Shown piece after piece: positions 46,397-54,966 of a stretch of DNA of 64,000 nt; within the stretch, counting starts at the first letter, position 1, and each line of letters starts with the position of its first letter. This stretch comes from a virus (taxonomy: Duplodnaviria > Caudoviricetes), in IMG/VR virus record IMGVR_UViG_3300020411_000002; one strand, 5' to 3'. Position numbers and translations under genes: made by a program. Under the pieces are notes generated by a model. The model did not search any database. It had not been told where the DNA came from and saw only the letters and a program-made list of their open reading frames with translations.

Positions 46397-46834
46397 TTAT
46401 ACGCCGATGTTAGCAGCGTCTATCCAACTTATAGCTTGCTCTTTGGATTCGAAAATTCTAAAATCAATATCAGAATTATCAAAGATTCGAGTCAACTGCG
46501 CTCTTGGAAGAGCTTTTAATGAAGGGCGAAACACAACTGCGACTTTACAAACGTTTCCGGTCAATGTACTAATCCAGTGGTGGAATCGCAAGAACTCTTG
46601 AAACTTACTTTCTGCCTCTGGAGTTGAAACTGTCTGGTCACTTACGTCTATCAAGTACTTCCAATATAATGAACGGTCACAGGAAAGGATGCGATTGATT
46701 GCTTCTATAACACCAGACGCATTATCAATAGAAAAAGGACCGATAAGAATAACATTAATTGTCAGATCGTCTTGTACCACAGCGTAGGTGCCTTTAGGAC
46801 AGCTTATTGCTTTCTTGTCCATCTGATCTGCCAT
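46397..46834 (-). CDS. STAS/SEC14 (SpoIIAA-like) domain protein
   Basis: YLID.S..., KVAVV, C-terminal FRIFESKEQAISWI signature. Confidence 0.65.
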   Translation of the reverse strand: MADQMDKKAISCPKGTYAVVQDDLTINVILIGPFSIDNASGVIEAINRILSCDRSLYWKYLIDVSDQTVSTPEAESKFQEFLRFHHWISTLTGNVCKVAVVFRPSLKALPRAQLTRIFDNSDIDFRIFESKEQAISWIDAANIGV

Positions 46835-46849
46835 AAGCGCCTCATATAA

Positions 46850-47803
46850 TTAAACTGAGTCATAACTTCCTGTATAGTTTCCGTCTTTTAGATAACGATT
46901 AACAAAATATTTCTCAGCTATCTCCCATCCGATAGGAGTACTAAATCCACGAGCGCTTCTACCATGTACCATCGCTTCACAGAGAATAGCAAAGGCTTCG
47001 TCCCACCACGGATATGAATAACCCGGATGATTGAATTGGTCTTTGTGTAACTTCTTAGCCGCAATCTGACGTTTGAACATAATAAGGTCACTGTTTCTAA
47101 CTACGTTCTTTAACGCATAGTGAGCTAGTTCGTGAGTAAGTACTTGGGCAAGAAGTTCGACTGTAATTGAACCAAACAAACGTTGAAGCTGAGGTGGATC
47201 AATTACTATATAGATATCTTTGTTAGCTTTAGTTCGGTCTGTTTGAGTAACAATACTTGTACCAAAGTTAGGACCGACAGCTATCTTAATAGGAAACTTG
47301 AAAGGGATGCGCGTTCCCAAATAACCTAACGACTTCTCAACCATATCGTACATGGAATCAGAAGGTGGCATTACTGAACTACGTAAAGACGGAAACATTT
47401 TAGGTTTATCCAGTCTAACGAAGTTCACAGGTTGAGACCCTGGAATTTTTCCATGAGCTTTGTCTGGGTCTTCTCTTTTTATCTTAACGACAGCAGGCTT
47501 TAAATCAGGTACAGAATCCAATTCAGAGAAAGAATCTTTGAACGTAGACTTACCGGGCTTAACACTTCTACCGTCAATCTTACCCATATAAGGCTTGCTG
47601 TTTTCAACCATCATTTCAGCATCTTTCTCAGAGATAGGAACGAATGTATTCATATCTTGAGTTATTACTAGGCTGCCTTTATTTGGTGCAATGCAATACA
47701 CTGCACGAGTTGGAATCGTAACTTTAGAATTAGGTCCGTCAAATTCCATCGGCGAACCTAAATGTCTAAACCACGAACCGACAGATAGTACGTCAATCTT
47801 CAT
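46850..47803 (-). CDS. Zincin-like metallopeptidase domain fused to a shared head-protein domain
   Basis: LTHELAHY (HExxH) with downstream WWDEAFA providing a third ligand candidate. Confidence 0.7.
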   Translation of the reverse strand: MKIDVLSVGSWFRHLGSPMEFDGPNSKVTIPTRAVYCIAPNKGSLVITQDMNTFVPISEKDAEMMVENSKPYMGKIDGRSVKPGKSTFKDSFSELDSVPDLKPAVVKIKREDPDKAHGKIPGSQPVNFVRLDKPKMFPSLRSSVMPPSDSMYDMVEKSLGYLGTRIPFKFPIKIAVGPNFGTSIVTQTDRTKANKDIYIVIDPPQLQRLFGSITVELLAQVLTHELAHYALKNVVRNSDLIMFKRQIAAKKLHKDQFNHPGYSYPWWDEAFAILCEAMVHGRSARGFSTPIGWEIAEKYFVNRYLKDGNYTGSYDSV

Positions 47804-47815
47804 GGTATTTCCTAA

Positions 47816-48427
47816 CTATATATAATCCACATAAGCGCCATTTCCAGTTTGAGAGCTATATACTCTTGCAACTTGTTCAGCTTGTTTCTTAGTGCCTGGG
47901 TACTGCATAAGCTTAGTACCGTTATGATTATACGCCATGTAACCGGAAGTTCTTTTCACTACGTTTTCTTCTCGCATGAAGTCAAGAGAGTCAAGGTCAT
48001 TAGAATCTGGTTCTCTTTTTCTAGAAATTCTATCAACTCGTTCTCTTCTAATAGAACGAAGAGTTTCAATATCTTTTGGCGGTTGTTTTTTACCTGTAGA
48101 AGAATTTGTCTGATAACCTTTAAGCGGCTTAATAAGCTTCAATGCTGCAATGATTGTAGGAAACTGTTTAGCAACTGACAGCTTTTTAACAGCGCTCTTC
48201 ACGTTAATGCTGGCTTTAGCATTGGCAAACTTTTCTACGCGCTCAGGATCAGCAGATTTTAAGAATCCTAAGAGCGCATCGAGACCTGCAGTATCTACAA
48301 GCTTTTCTTTGCTGTAAGTTTCAAGAATAGGAATTACTTTCTTTGCGCTCTTGCCGAAAAGTATTTCAGCGTTTGCCATTTGTTTTTTAGTAGCAGATTC
48401 GCTACGAATGTTTAAGTTAATTTTCAT
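47816..48427 (-). CDS. SxS-tagged basic putative head protein
   Basis: MKINLNIRSESA. Confidence 0.65.
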   Translation of the reverse strand: MKINLNIRSESATKKQMANAEILFGKSAKKVIPILETYSKEKLVDTAGLDALLGFLKSADPERVEKFANAKASINVKSAVKKLSVAKQFPTIIAALKLIKPLKGYQTNSSTGKKQPPKDIETLRSIRRERVDRISRKREPDSNDLDSLDFMREENVVKRTSGYMAYNHNGTKLMQYPGTKKQAEQVARVYSSQTGNGAYVDYI

Positions 48428-48495
48428 TGTATTTCCTGTTATTCATACACAAGCTTGGCTAAGCCAAAAGCAAGTCTCGCTAGAGAGTTTAAATC

Positions 48496-48930
48496 TTAGG
48501 CAAATTTCTTTAGCTTAGCATTGATTGCTTTCAAATCTCTTTTTGCATCACCGCTAGGTTTGATATCGATAGTCTCATCCCCACCTCGCATTATATTGTA
48601 AGCTACGATAGAGATTAAGTACCCATCAGAGCGAGGAAGAGAATAGTTGGCATCGCGTACATCAGACTTTTCAGGATAGCTAGAAATAGTTACAGAATAA
48701 TTACCTACCGTTTTAGCCAAGTAGTTAGCTTCTTCAAAGTCCCAACCATCCTTTAATAGAGATTGAGTAAGTTCAGGTAATTTACTCACTGGAAGAGAAT
48801 TCCCGGTCGGTCTGTTAGGACTGTACGCTCTGTCGTAAGTATACGTGCCATTATACATTGTACCTCGTGCGTCTTCTGAATAGCCTTTAGAGGTTGCAGA
48901 CATTGATTGTAAATTGATAGTAAGTTGCAT
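48496..48930 (-). CDS. SxS-tagged putative head protein
   Basis: MQLTINLQSMSA; AGGA RBS. Confidence 0.65.
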   Translation of the reverse strand: MQLTINLQSMSATSKGYSEDARGTMYNGTYTYDRAYSPNRPTGNSLPVSKLPELTQSLLKDGWDFEEANYLAKTVGNYSVTISSYPEKSDVRDANYSLPRSDGYLISIVAYNIMRGGDETIDIKPSGDAKRDLKAINAKLKKFA

Positions 48931-48954
48931 AGATTTATTTCCTACAGTAGAAAC

Positions 48955-48983
48955 AAAAAGAGACCGGATTTAGCCCAGTCTCT
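48955..48983 (-). terminator. Intrinsic terminator
   Basis: Minus strand AGAGACTGG-GCTAAAT-CCGGTCTCT followed by T tract. Confidence 0.8.
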
Positions 48984-49002
48984 ACTTTTGAGTTGTTGTT
49001 GT

Positions 49003-49449
49003 TTACTTCATTAAAGATACAGCGTATTCTAGTACTTCAATAGAATCTTCGTTAAAAGTTTTTAAAGTACCATCAACAATATCTGCATCACCTAAGAATG
49101 GGCCATCTTGCTCTCGTGTATCTTTAAAAACCACAATAGAAGCAGACTCGTCGATATTTAGTCTATCGAACATGCTAGACGCGTAATGTCTATCTAAGAT
49201 ATAAACATAAGTTCCATCGGTCAGACCGAATGAGTATCCAGTAGAATCTGAATCGTCGGCAAATTCTATAAGAGTAACTTTTTCTGCTAAGCCAAGGTCA
49301 GCAGTGTGCGGTACACTTAAGGACAGTTCGTGGAAAAACTCGTCGATTTGCTCTTCTTCTAAAAGCTCAATCATATCACTGCCCAGGACAGATTGGTGAA
49401 CGTCTAAAAGAGTGTCTGTAGTTTGAAAAGAAGTATTTGTAGCTGTCAT
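49003..49449 (-). CDS. Acidic hypothetical protein in its own transcription unit
   Basis: 148 aa, GAGG RBS, AT-rich upstream region and downstream terminator. Confidence 0.65.
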   Translation of the reverse strand: MTATNTSFQTTDTLLDVHQSVLGSDMIELLEEEQIDEFFHELSLSVPHTADLGLAEKVTLIEFADDSDSTGYSFGLTDGTYVYILDRHYASSMFDRLNIDESASIVVFKDTREQDGPFLGDADIVDGTLKTFNEDSIEVLEYAVSLMK

Positions 49450-49573
49450 AATATTGCCTCTATAGCGTTGGAAAGAACACTAACTATAGCAAAATATGAC
49501 TCAACTATATACTTAAATTTTGTCCCATCTAAAAAATAGTTATACTTAAAATTATAATCTAGACCTTAAAATA

Positions 49574-50374
49574 TTAACGCATAATACTCATTACTTGGTC
49601 TGGATTATGGTGATTAGCAACGTAAGCTGGATCTTCTACCGCGCTATTCTCAAACCCTGTAATGTTGTGTAAGTAACGATAGACCAGACGATTGTTTTCT
49701 AAGTATGTAGGTTTATTAACTACAGTGTGAGAACAAACACGGCGTAAGTTTTCTTTATATACCGTATGACCGCAGAACGCACAAGTATAAGCTTGATACC
49801 ACATACCAATGCTGTAAGTATTCAAGTCGTGGGTAAGAATACGATTAGCAAGCACAGGGTCTTTAGTTCTATCGAATGCAAGCAACTGAATGATACGTGC
49901 ATGATTACCTATAAAGTTAGGCATAGATTTCATGTACACATCTAAGATAACACCTTTAGCTTTGGTAATATCTTTGTTGTCGTGTTCTTGGTGAGTAGGT
50001 TTACCTTTCCAAGTTTTATAAGCTAACATTCCCAAGTCTGGACGGAAACGCAATGCTTCGGCAGTAGATAGACAGTCACCATTTGTGTTTGGTATATCTG
50101 TAATAACCGCAGGAACAGGCACCATTACGTAGTCACGCAAGTTAGGACTGATTTGATAATGCTCAGCAGCCATAGGTAGCCAAGCGTTTGCATCGATATC
50201 AATATTATCAGAAGCACCAGTAATACTAGGCTTTAGTGTCACGCGATTAGACTTACCAACATCTTTTAGTTCAGTAGGTTGTGCGGCAATATTTCTTTGA
50301 GAGATATCAAACGAAGAACTCATAAAGCTATTTTCTTCATTTGGTATCATTACGTTTTCTAAATCAATCTTCAT
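49574..50374 (-). CDS. Prohead maturation protease (HK97/herpes-like clan) with Cys-rich insertion
   Basis: N.NGD, EHDN (His), YSIG, GFENSAVEDPA (Ser motif); CAFC...CSH insert. Confidence 0.8.
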   Translation of the reverse strand: MKIDLENVMIPNEENSFMSSSFDISQRNIAAQPTELKDVGKSNRVTLKPSITGASDNIDIDANAWLPMAAEHYQISPNLRDYVMVPVPAVITDIPNTNGDCLSTAEALRFRPDLGMLAYKTWKGKPTHQEHDNKDITKAKGVILDVYMKSMPNFIGNHARIIQLLAFDRTKDPVLANRILTHDLNTYSIGMWYQAYTCAFCGHTVYKENLRRVCSHTVVNKPTYLENNRLVYRYLHNITGFENSAVEDPAYVANHHNPDQVMSIMR

Positions 50375-50377
50375 GAC

Positions 50378-51019
50378 CTACCTCGTAAAACATATATCGT
50401 TAGAGTGAATCGAATAGATTCCTTTGCTTACTTTGTGACTTCTTGCATCACCTACATCAGCATCGGAGCAGTATCTACAATACGCTTTCACAATATGCTC
50501 GTTAGGTTTTTTAATACGCTTTGCTTCGAATACGCTTTGGTAAACAAGGCGTGAGTTGTTTCTACCGTTGTCATCTGCAATGTAGTAGCCGACAACTTCT
50601 TCAAATTCTGGAAGTTGAAGAACAAGCTTTTCCAGTCTAGCAATGAAAGAGCGAATAGGCTGAATGCCGTCCATAGAGAATCTACTTAAAGCAGTGTTAA
50701 CTTTCTTAATAGACTCAGTAATGTTATACAGACCTTTTTCGTCTAACTCACTAGGAAAGCGGATAAGTCCTTTGTACAAGAAGTTTAATTCCGCTGCAAG
50801 AGTTCTAAATGTTTCTTGGTCAACAATATCCATACGGCGTTTGGTATGCGTACCGTCATTGAACTTTTGTTGGGTTTGCTTATCAACAATCTTTATTAAA
50901 GATGCTGTTTTACGAATAGCCCAAGGAAGAATAAAACTATTAGCTAGCTTTCTATATGGGTATTCTCGGTCATTAGTTACGTTTAGCTTTATATTGTCAA
51001 AGCTTGGTAAGTTACTCAT
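50378..51019 (-). CDS. Hypothetical protein
   Basis: 213-aa coupled ORF. Confidence 0.65.
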   Translation of the reverse strand: MSNLPSFDNIKLNVTNDREYPYRKLANSFILPWAIRKTASLIKIVDKQTQQKFNDGTHTKRRMDIVDQETFRTLAAELNFLYKGLIRFPSELDEKGLYNITESIKKVNTALSRFSMDGIQPIRSFIARLEKLVLQLPEFEEVVGYYIADDNGRNNSRLVYQSVFEAKRIKKPNEHIVKAYCRYCSDADVGDARSHKVSKGIYSIHSNDICFTR

Positions 51020-52434
51020 AGGTAATCCTTATTCAAGTTATGCTTTATCCAGAGTTTGCATTCATCATACGTCTGACGTATTGGATTGAATAAAACAACT
51101 CGATTAGATTTTACGATTGTGTAAGGCTTGGTGTCTTGTCTACCAGTATGAAAAGAAGATTCTGAAAACCCTTCATAGAGCTTAGCTTTCCAACTACGGC
51201 GACTCTTACCATTGCCTTCAATTTCAGGGTCAGACTCGATACAGCCAATAATACGATTATCGAACATAACGTCAAAGCGTGTTCGCTCTTTAGAATCTAG
51301 ACGTTTTTGTTTAGGACATACTCGAAAAGAAATACGAGGAGTAACGGCTGAATCAGATTCTAGTCCGTCTATTGTGTCAAGCTCTAAAGGAACTTGTTCT
51401 TCCTCAGGCTCTTCTTCCATTTCTTTCTCTAGCTCTTCCTCAGTAGGCAAAAAGCCCTCTTCAATCATTTCTTGAATGGCTTGAATTTTGGCAATCTTTA
51501 CTGATAGTGCCTCTAAGTCCAAGTCTTTAAACCAATCAGAAAACAAATTAATGAAAGTTTCTAAAGTGTCCTTAACTTCAGGCGGCTCATAGTCTTCGTC
51601 TTCGTCTTCTGGCTCTTCTTCCTCAGAAACCTCGTCAGCCATTTCGTCTATATCATCTTCATTCGATAGAGATACAAACCTTTTGGATGCAAGGGAATCT
51701 AGAAATAATTCAAGCTCTGTTTTGTAGTCGTTAACGCTGGTGGATTTGCGGGCAGCACTTACACTACTTAAACCGTTACCATCCATGTAGCGTTTAATTT
51801 CTTTATAGTTGGTAGGACCCAAGAAAGCACCAAGTACAGTATCGACTAAACGATTGCTGGTCTTAGACAATCCTTTTTGACCTACAATGTTTTCAGTAAT
51901 AGACTTTAGAACTTGCGTAGCTAACTTAGCGCCTTCCATTTCTTCTTTAGGTGCACCTTTAGCTTTGAACTTACCTTGCGCGAAAGTCTTGGTAAATGAT
52001 AGGAAGTTTTTATTTCCTTGGGGCGAGAACTTGTTAGCTACTACGTCTTTGATACGCGGTATGTTACGTCTAAACTTGGAATAGTTTTCTTGTATATCTT
52101 GTTTGACTGAATACTTGTTTTGAAAAACGCGCTCGTCAATAGCTCTGTCCGTAATAGCCTGTTTAGCTCTGGCTCGTCTACTTAACTTAACGGGTTCTTT
52201 TACTTCTGGCTTTGATGGTAGCGCAGGTTTTGCTTGCTTTCTTTCTGCCTTAGGAAGCTGAATTTCTTTACGCTTAGCTTTAGAAGAATTATCCAGTGAT
52301 AGAGTTCCAGCCCTAACACCTTGTGCATACTTGCTCTTTGGATGCGCTTCAATATAAGCTTTGCGAGTAGCTGGCGAAGCTTTCTTCCACCAGCCTGCTT
52401 CTTCGGCAGATAAACTAGTTATGCCATAATCCAT
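51016..52434 (-). CDS. SLS-tagged putative head protein with basic N half and acidic C half
   Basis: MDYGITSLSA; internal FVSLSN and LESDSA; WWKKAS...YIEAHPKSKY. Confidence 0.65.
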   Translation of the reverse strand: MDYGITSLSAEEAGWWKKASPATRKAYIEAHPKSKYAQGVRAGTLSLDNSSKAKRKEIQLPKAERKQAKPALPSKPEVKEPVKLSRRARAKQAITDRAIDERVFQNKYSVKQDIQENYSKFRRNIPRIKDVVANKFSPQGNKNFLSFTKTFAQGKFKAKGAPKEEMEGAKLATQVLKSITENIVGQKGLSKTSNRLVDTVLGAFLGPTNYKEIKRYMDGNGLSSVSAARKSTSVNDYKTELELFLDSLASKRFVSLSNEDDIDEMADEVSEEEEPEDEDEDYEPPEVKDTLETFINLFSDWFKDLDLEALSVKIAKIQAIQEMIEEGFLPTEEELEKEMEEEPEEEQVPLELDTIDGLESDSAVTPRISFRVCPKQKRLDSKERTRFDVMFDNRIIGCIESDPEIEGNGKSRRSWKAKLYEGFSESSFHTGRQDTKPYTIVKSNRVVLFNPIRQTYDECKLWIKHNLNKDYL

Positions 52435-52436
52435 AA

Positions 52437-52898
52437 TTAACTCAACATTGAAATAACGTTTCGTAAAATTTCAGCTTCGGGTATCTTGTACTTTTCAGAT
52501 ACTTGAGCTAAAGACTGAGTAAGCTTTTCTTTCACTTCATTAGAGGCAAGAGAAAGGTCTTTCTTTCGTTCACGATCTAAAGCTTTGTTCGTATTTTTGA
52601 TAAACGTAGGTGCTAGTGAGTTTAACACTCTTTCTATATCACCGATTTCAAGTTTACCGATATTGTACTCTTCGCGAAAAGCTACTATGTCTCGGTTGTT
52701 GCCTTTGATCATATTCTTAGTAAAAGTAATAATCTCTTCTGGCTTTAGCTTGGAAGTAGCTGTAATTTCAGATATCTCACCTAGAGCCTTCTTTGCGGCA
52801 TGAATGTTTCCATCAATAGCACTTTTTGCAAATTTTATTACATTTTTGATTAGCACACTAGAGCTTGCTAAAGAGGTTAAAGGTACACTTACTTTCAT
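52437..52898 (-). CDS. Hypothetical helical protein
   Basis: Start ATG 52898 overlaps the GT stop (ATGA); MKVSVPLTSLAS. Confidence 0.6.
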   Translation of the reverse strand: MKVSVPLTSLASSSVLIKNVIKFAKSAIDGNIHAAKKALGEISEITATSKLKPEEIITFTKNMIKGNNRDIVAFREEYNIGKLEIGDIERVLNSLAPTFIKNTNKALDRERKKDLSLASNEVKEKLTQSLAQVSEKYKIPEAEILRNVISMLS

Positions 52899-54019
52899 TT
52901 CGTTTGTCTCTGCATAGAAGCTAGCCAATGTATGTTCTCGGATATACGAACAAGGTCTTCTTGTGGAACATACTGTTTAAATTCCATAATAAGATGTGCG
53001 TAAGATCTGGCAGCACCTTCGTAGTCACCTAGTTCACTACGAGCCTTACCGTTCAAGTCATACGCTTGCCATAGCAATTCGTTGTTCTTGTTATAAATTA
53101 CATTCTTAGACTTGTTGAGGGCTGCTCCCATCATTCTATCAGTCCAGAATAGAATACCTATTGCATCATCTTTGTAGTAATGAGAATAGGCTAAGTACAA
53201 CATTACTTCTATGTGATTTATATCTAAGGCAAGTGCTTTATAAAGAGTAGATTCATTATCTATACCTAACTGCCTTTCTGCAAAAGACCGTAGTATGTAA
53301 GAATCAATCATTTGTGCAGTATCTACCATTTCAGTAAATCTAGACATATCGTGTAGAACCGCATAACACTCTGCAAAATCATCTTTATAGAAAAGTTCGC
53401 GGGCATAATAGTGAGCACATCTTAAATCAGTACCGTTCTTAAAGTACTGGTCACGCAATAGTTCTATATAGTTGCGCGGCTTCTTTGGGTCTGGATGATG
53501 TGTAAACTCAATAGAAGTAAGAGCATATTCTGATTTATCTTTTTCTAACAGTAACTCGTGGCAGGCATATTTCCAATAGAACCCTCTAGCCGAGTGTATC
53601 TTTGACTGAGTGTAAGTTACAGTATCAGAGAACTTCATTGTAGTTTTCAAACAATGAAACTTGCGGTCAATAGGTATATCGTAATCGATAATAGTAGAAG
53701 CAAGAGTTTCATACCACTTATCAGATATACGTTCATCTAAGTCTGCCCACATTAGTAGGTCATATATGCCGAGACTACGCTGCGCTATCTCCATTGCCAT
53801 GTTACGTGCAATGCTAAAATTAAAAGGGCGAATATCTGCTTGATGAACTTCGATTGCAGGAAATTCATCTTTTAATGACTCTGCAAGTTGTACAGAATTA
53901 TCGGTGCTGCCTGTATCAAGCAAAACAATTCTATGTGCGTATGGTACGAACTGCTCCACAAACGGTCTTAGGTTAGCAGCCTCGTTTTTCATTATCGCAT
54001 ATATAGAAATCTTAAACAT
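52895..54019 (-). CDS. Glycosyltransferase family 2 with C-terminal TPR-like repeats
   Basis: IYAIMKNEA, LDTGSTD, FNFSIARN, WADLDE (DxD), HE.L, HHPD; helical TPR-like tail. Confidence 0.88.
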   Translation of the reverse strand: MFKISIYAIMKNEAANLRPFVEQFVPYAHRIVLLDTGSTDNSVQLAESLKDEFPAIEVHQADIRPFNFSIARNMAMEIAQRSLGIYDLLMWADLDERISDKWYETLASTIIDYDIPIDRKFHCLKTTMKFSDTVTYTQSKIHSARGFYWKYACHELLLEKDKSEYALTSIEFTHHPDPKKPRNYIELLRDQYFKNGTDLRCAHYYARELFYKDDFAECYAVLHDMSRFTEMVDTAQMIDSYILRSFAERQLGIDNESTLYKALALDINHIEVMLYLAYSHYYKDDAIGILFWTDRMMGAALNKSKNVIYNKNNELLWQAYDLNGKARSELGDYEGAARSYAHLIMEFKQYVPQEDLVRISENIHWLASMQRQTK

Positions 54020-54941
54020 TATTTATCTCTCTTATATTTCCGCTTTCCCACCACTTATCGCCGTAGTCAGCCGTTATTTCAAAAGTGTATTCATCGTACT
54101 TACTATAATCAAGACCTATATTCACATCATAGTAATACGGTACTCCATTACGATATCCGCCGAAATATCTACGAGTTCTGTGGTTGAAATAATTCTTCTG
54201 TACAAGAACTAAAGTATATGGACGTTTAGTAGGTCTGTACGGTACATCTGAGTCTCCATCAAAACCCATTAAGTCAGCATCAGACTCTATATCAAAGTCA
54301 TAATACTTATTGGCTCTATCTATCATTCTAGGATAATGACCCGTAGTATAATTAGACTCGTACTGGGTTTTGTATAATAACTTATCGCGAGAATAGACTC
54401 GGTTCTTTCCGCTAGAATCGTCTACGTATTTGAAGTCTTTCCAATACCAAGCAAAATGAGTAAACAGAGGAGTTGGTTCAGATGCAGGTTGGTAGGTAGT
54501 TAAGTCTACGCTGTACTTTCCATCTTCTCTACGTAAGTCTGTGAACTGAGAACCGTACCAACGAATAACTTCAATAGAAATTTGAGCCATTAAGCTTCGC
54601 TGAGTACCATTGGATAATACATACGTGAAACAGTCGGGACCTAAATAGCCTGAACGGGAGGTATAAATGAGAGAAGGCCCGCCAGTATCTATACTGACGA
54701 ACCCTTTAGATGGAGGTTCAGCTACTATTGGATTTAATCTCCACCCGCGCTGAACGGGAATTTTACTTAACACTTCTGGATCTGGACTTGTGAATGTCTC
54801 TGGATCACGCGCACCTTGCAAACTCCAATCTCTAAGATTAATTTCAAGAGGCTGCCCTGTACGAGCGACAACCTCTAAGTCTGGTGCGTAAGGAACGTAG
54901 TTTCTCCAATATTCAAGAGAAAGCATTTTTCCATACATCAT
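54012..54941 (-). CDS. Ig-like (Big_9-type) domain virion protein
   Basis: PPSKG.V.I...G..L.YT...GY.GPDCFTY.L.NG; start ATG 54941 after AAGGA. Confidence 0.6.
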   Translation of the reverse strand: MMYGKMLSLEYWRNYVPYAPDLEVVARTGQPLEINLRDWSLQGARDPETFTSPDPEVLSKIPVQRGWRLNPIVAEPPSKGFVSIDTGGPSLIYTSRSGYLGPDCFTYVLSNGTQRSLMAQISIEVIRWYGSQFTDLRREDGKYSVDLTTYQPASEPTPLFTHFAWYWKDFKYVDDSSGKNRVYSRDKLLYKTQYESNYTTGHYPRMIDRANKYYDFDIESDADLMGFDGDSDVPYRPTKRPYTLVLVQKNYFNHRTRRYFGGYRNGVPYYYDVNIGLDYSKYDEYTFEITADYGDKWWESGNIREINNV

Positions 54942-54966
54942 GGTAGAATTCCTTATAGGTATTTGC

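Noticed and set aside
50378-51019. Resemblance of the C terminus to polyvalent-protein ADP-ribosyltransferase-like domains
   Set aside because: Similarity too faint to support from the sequence alone.
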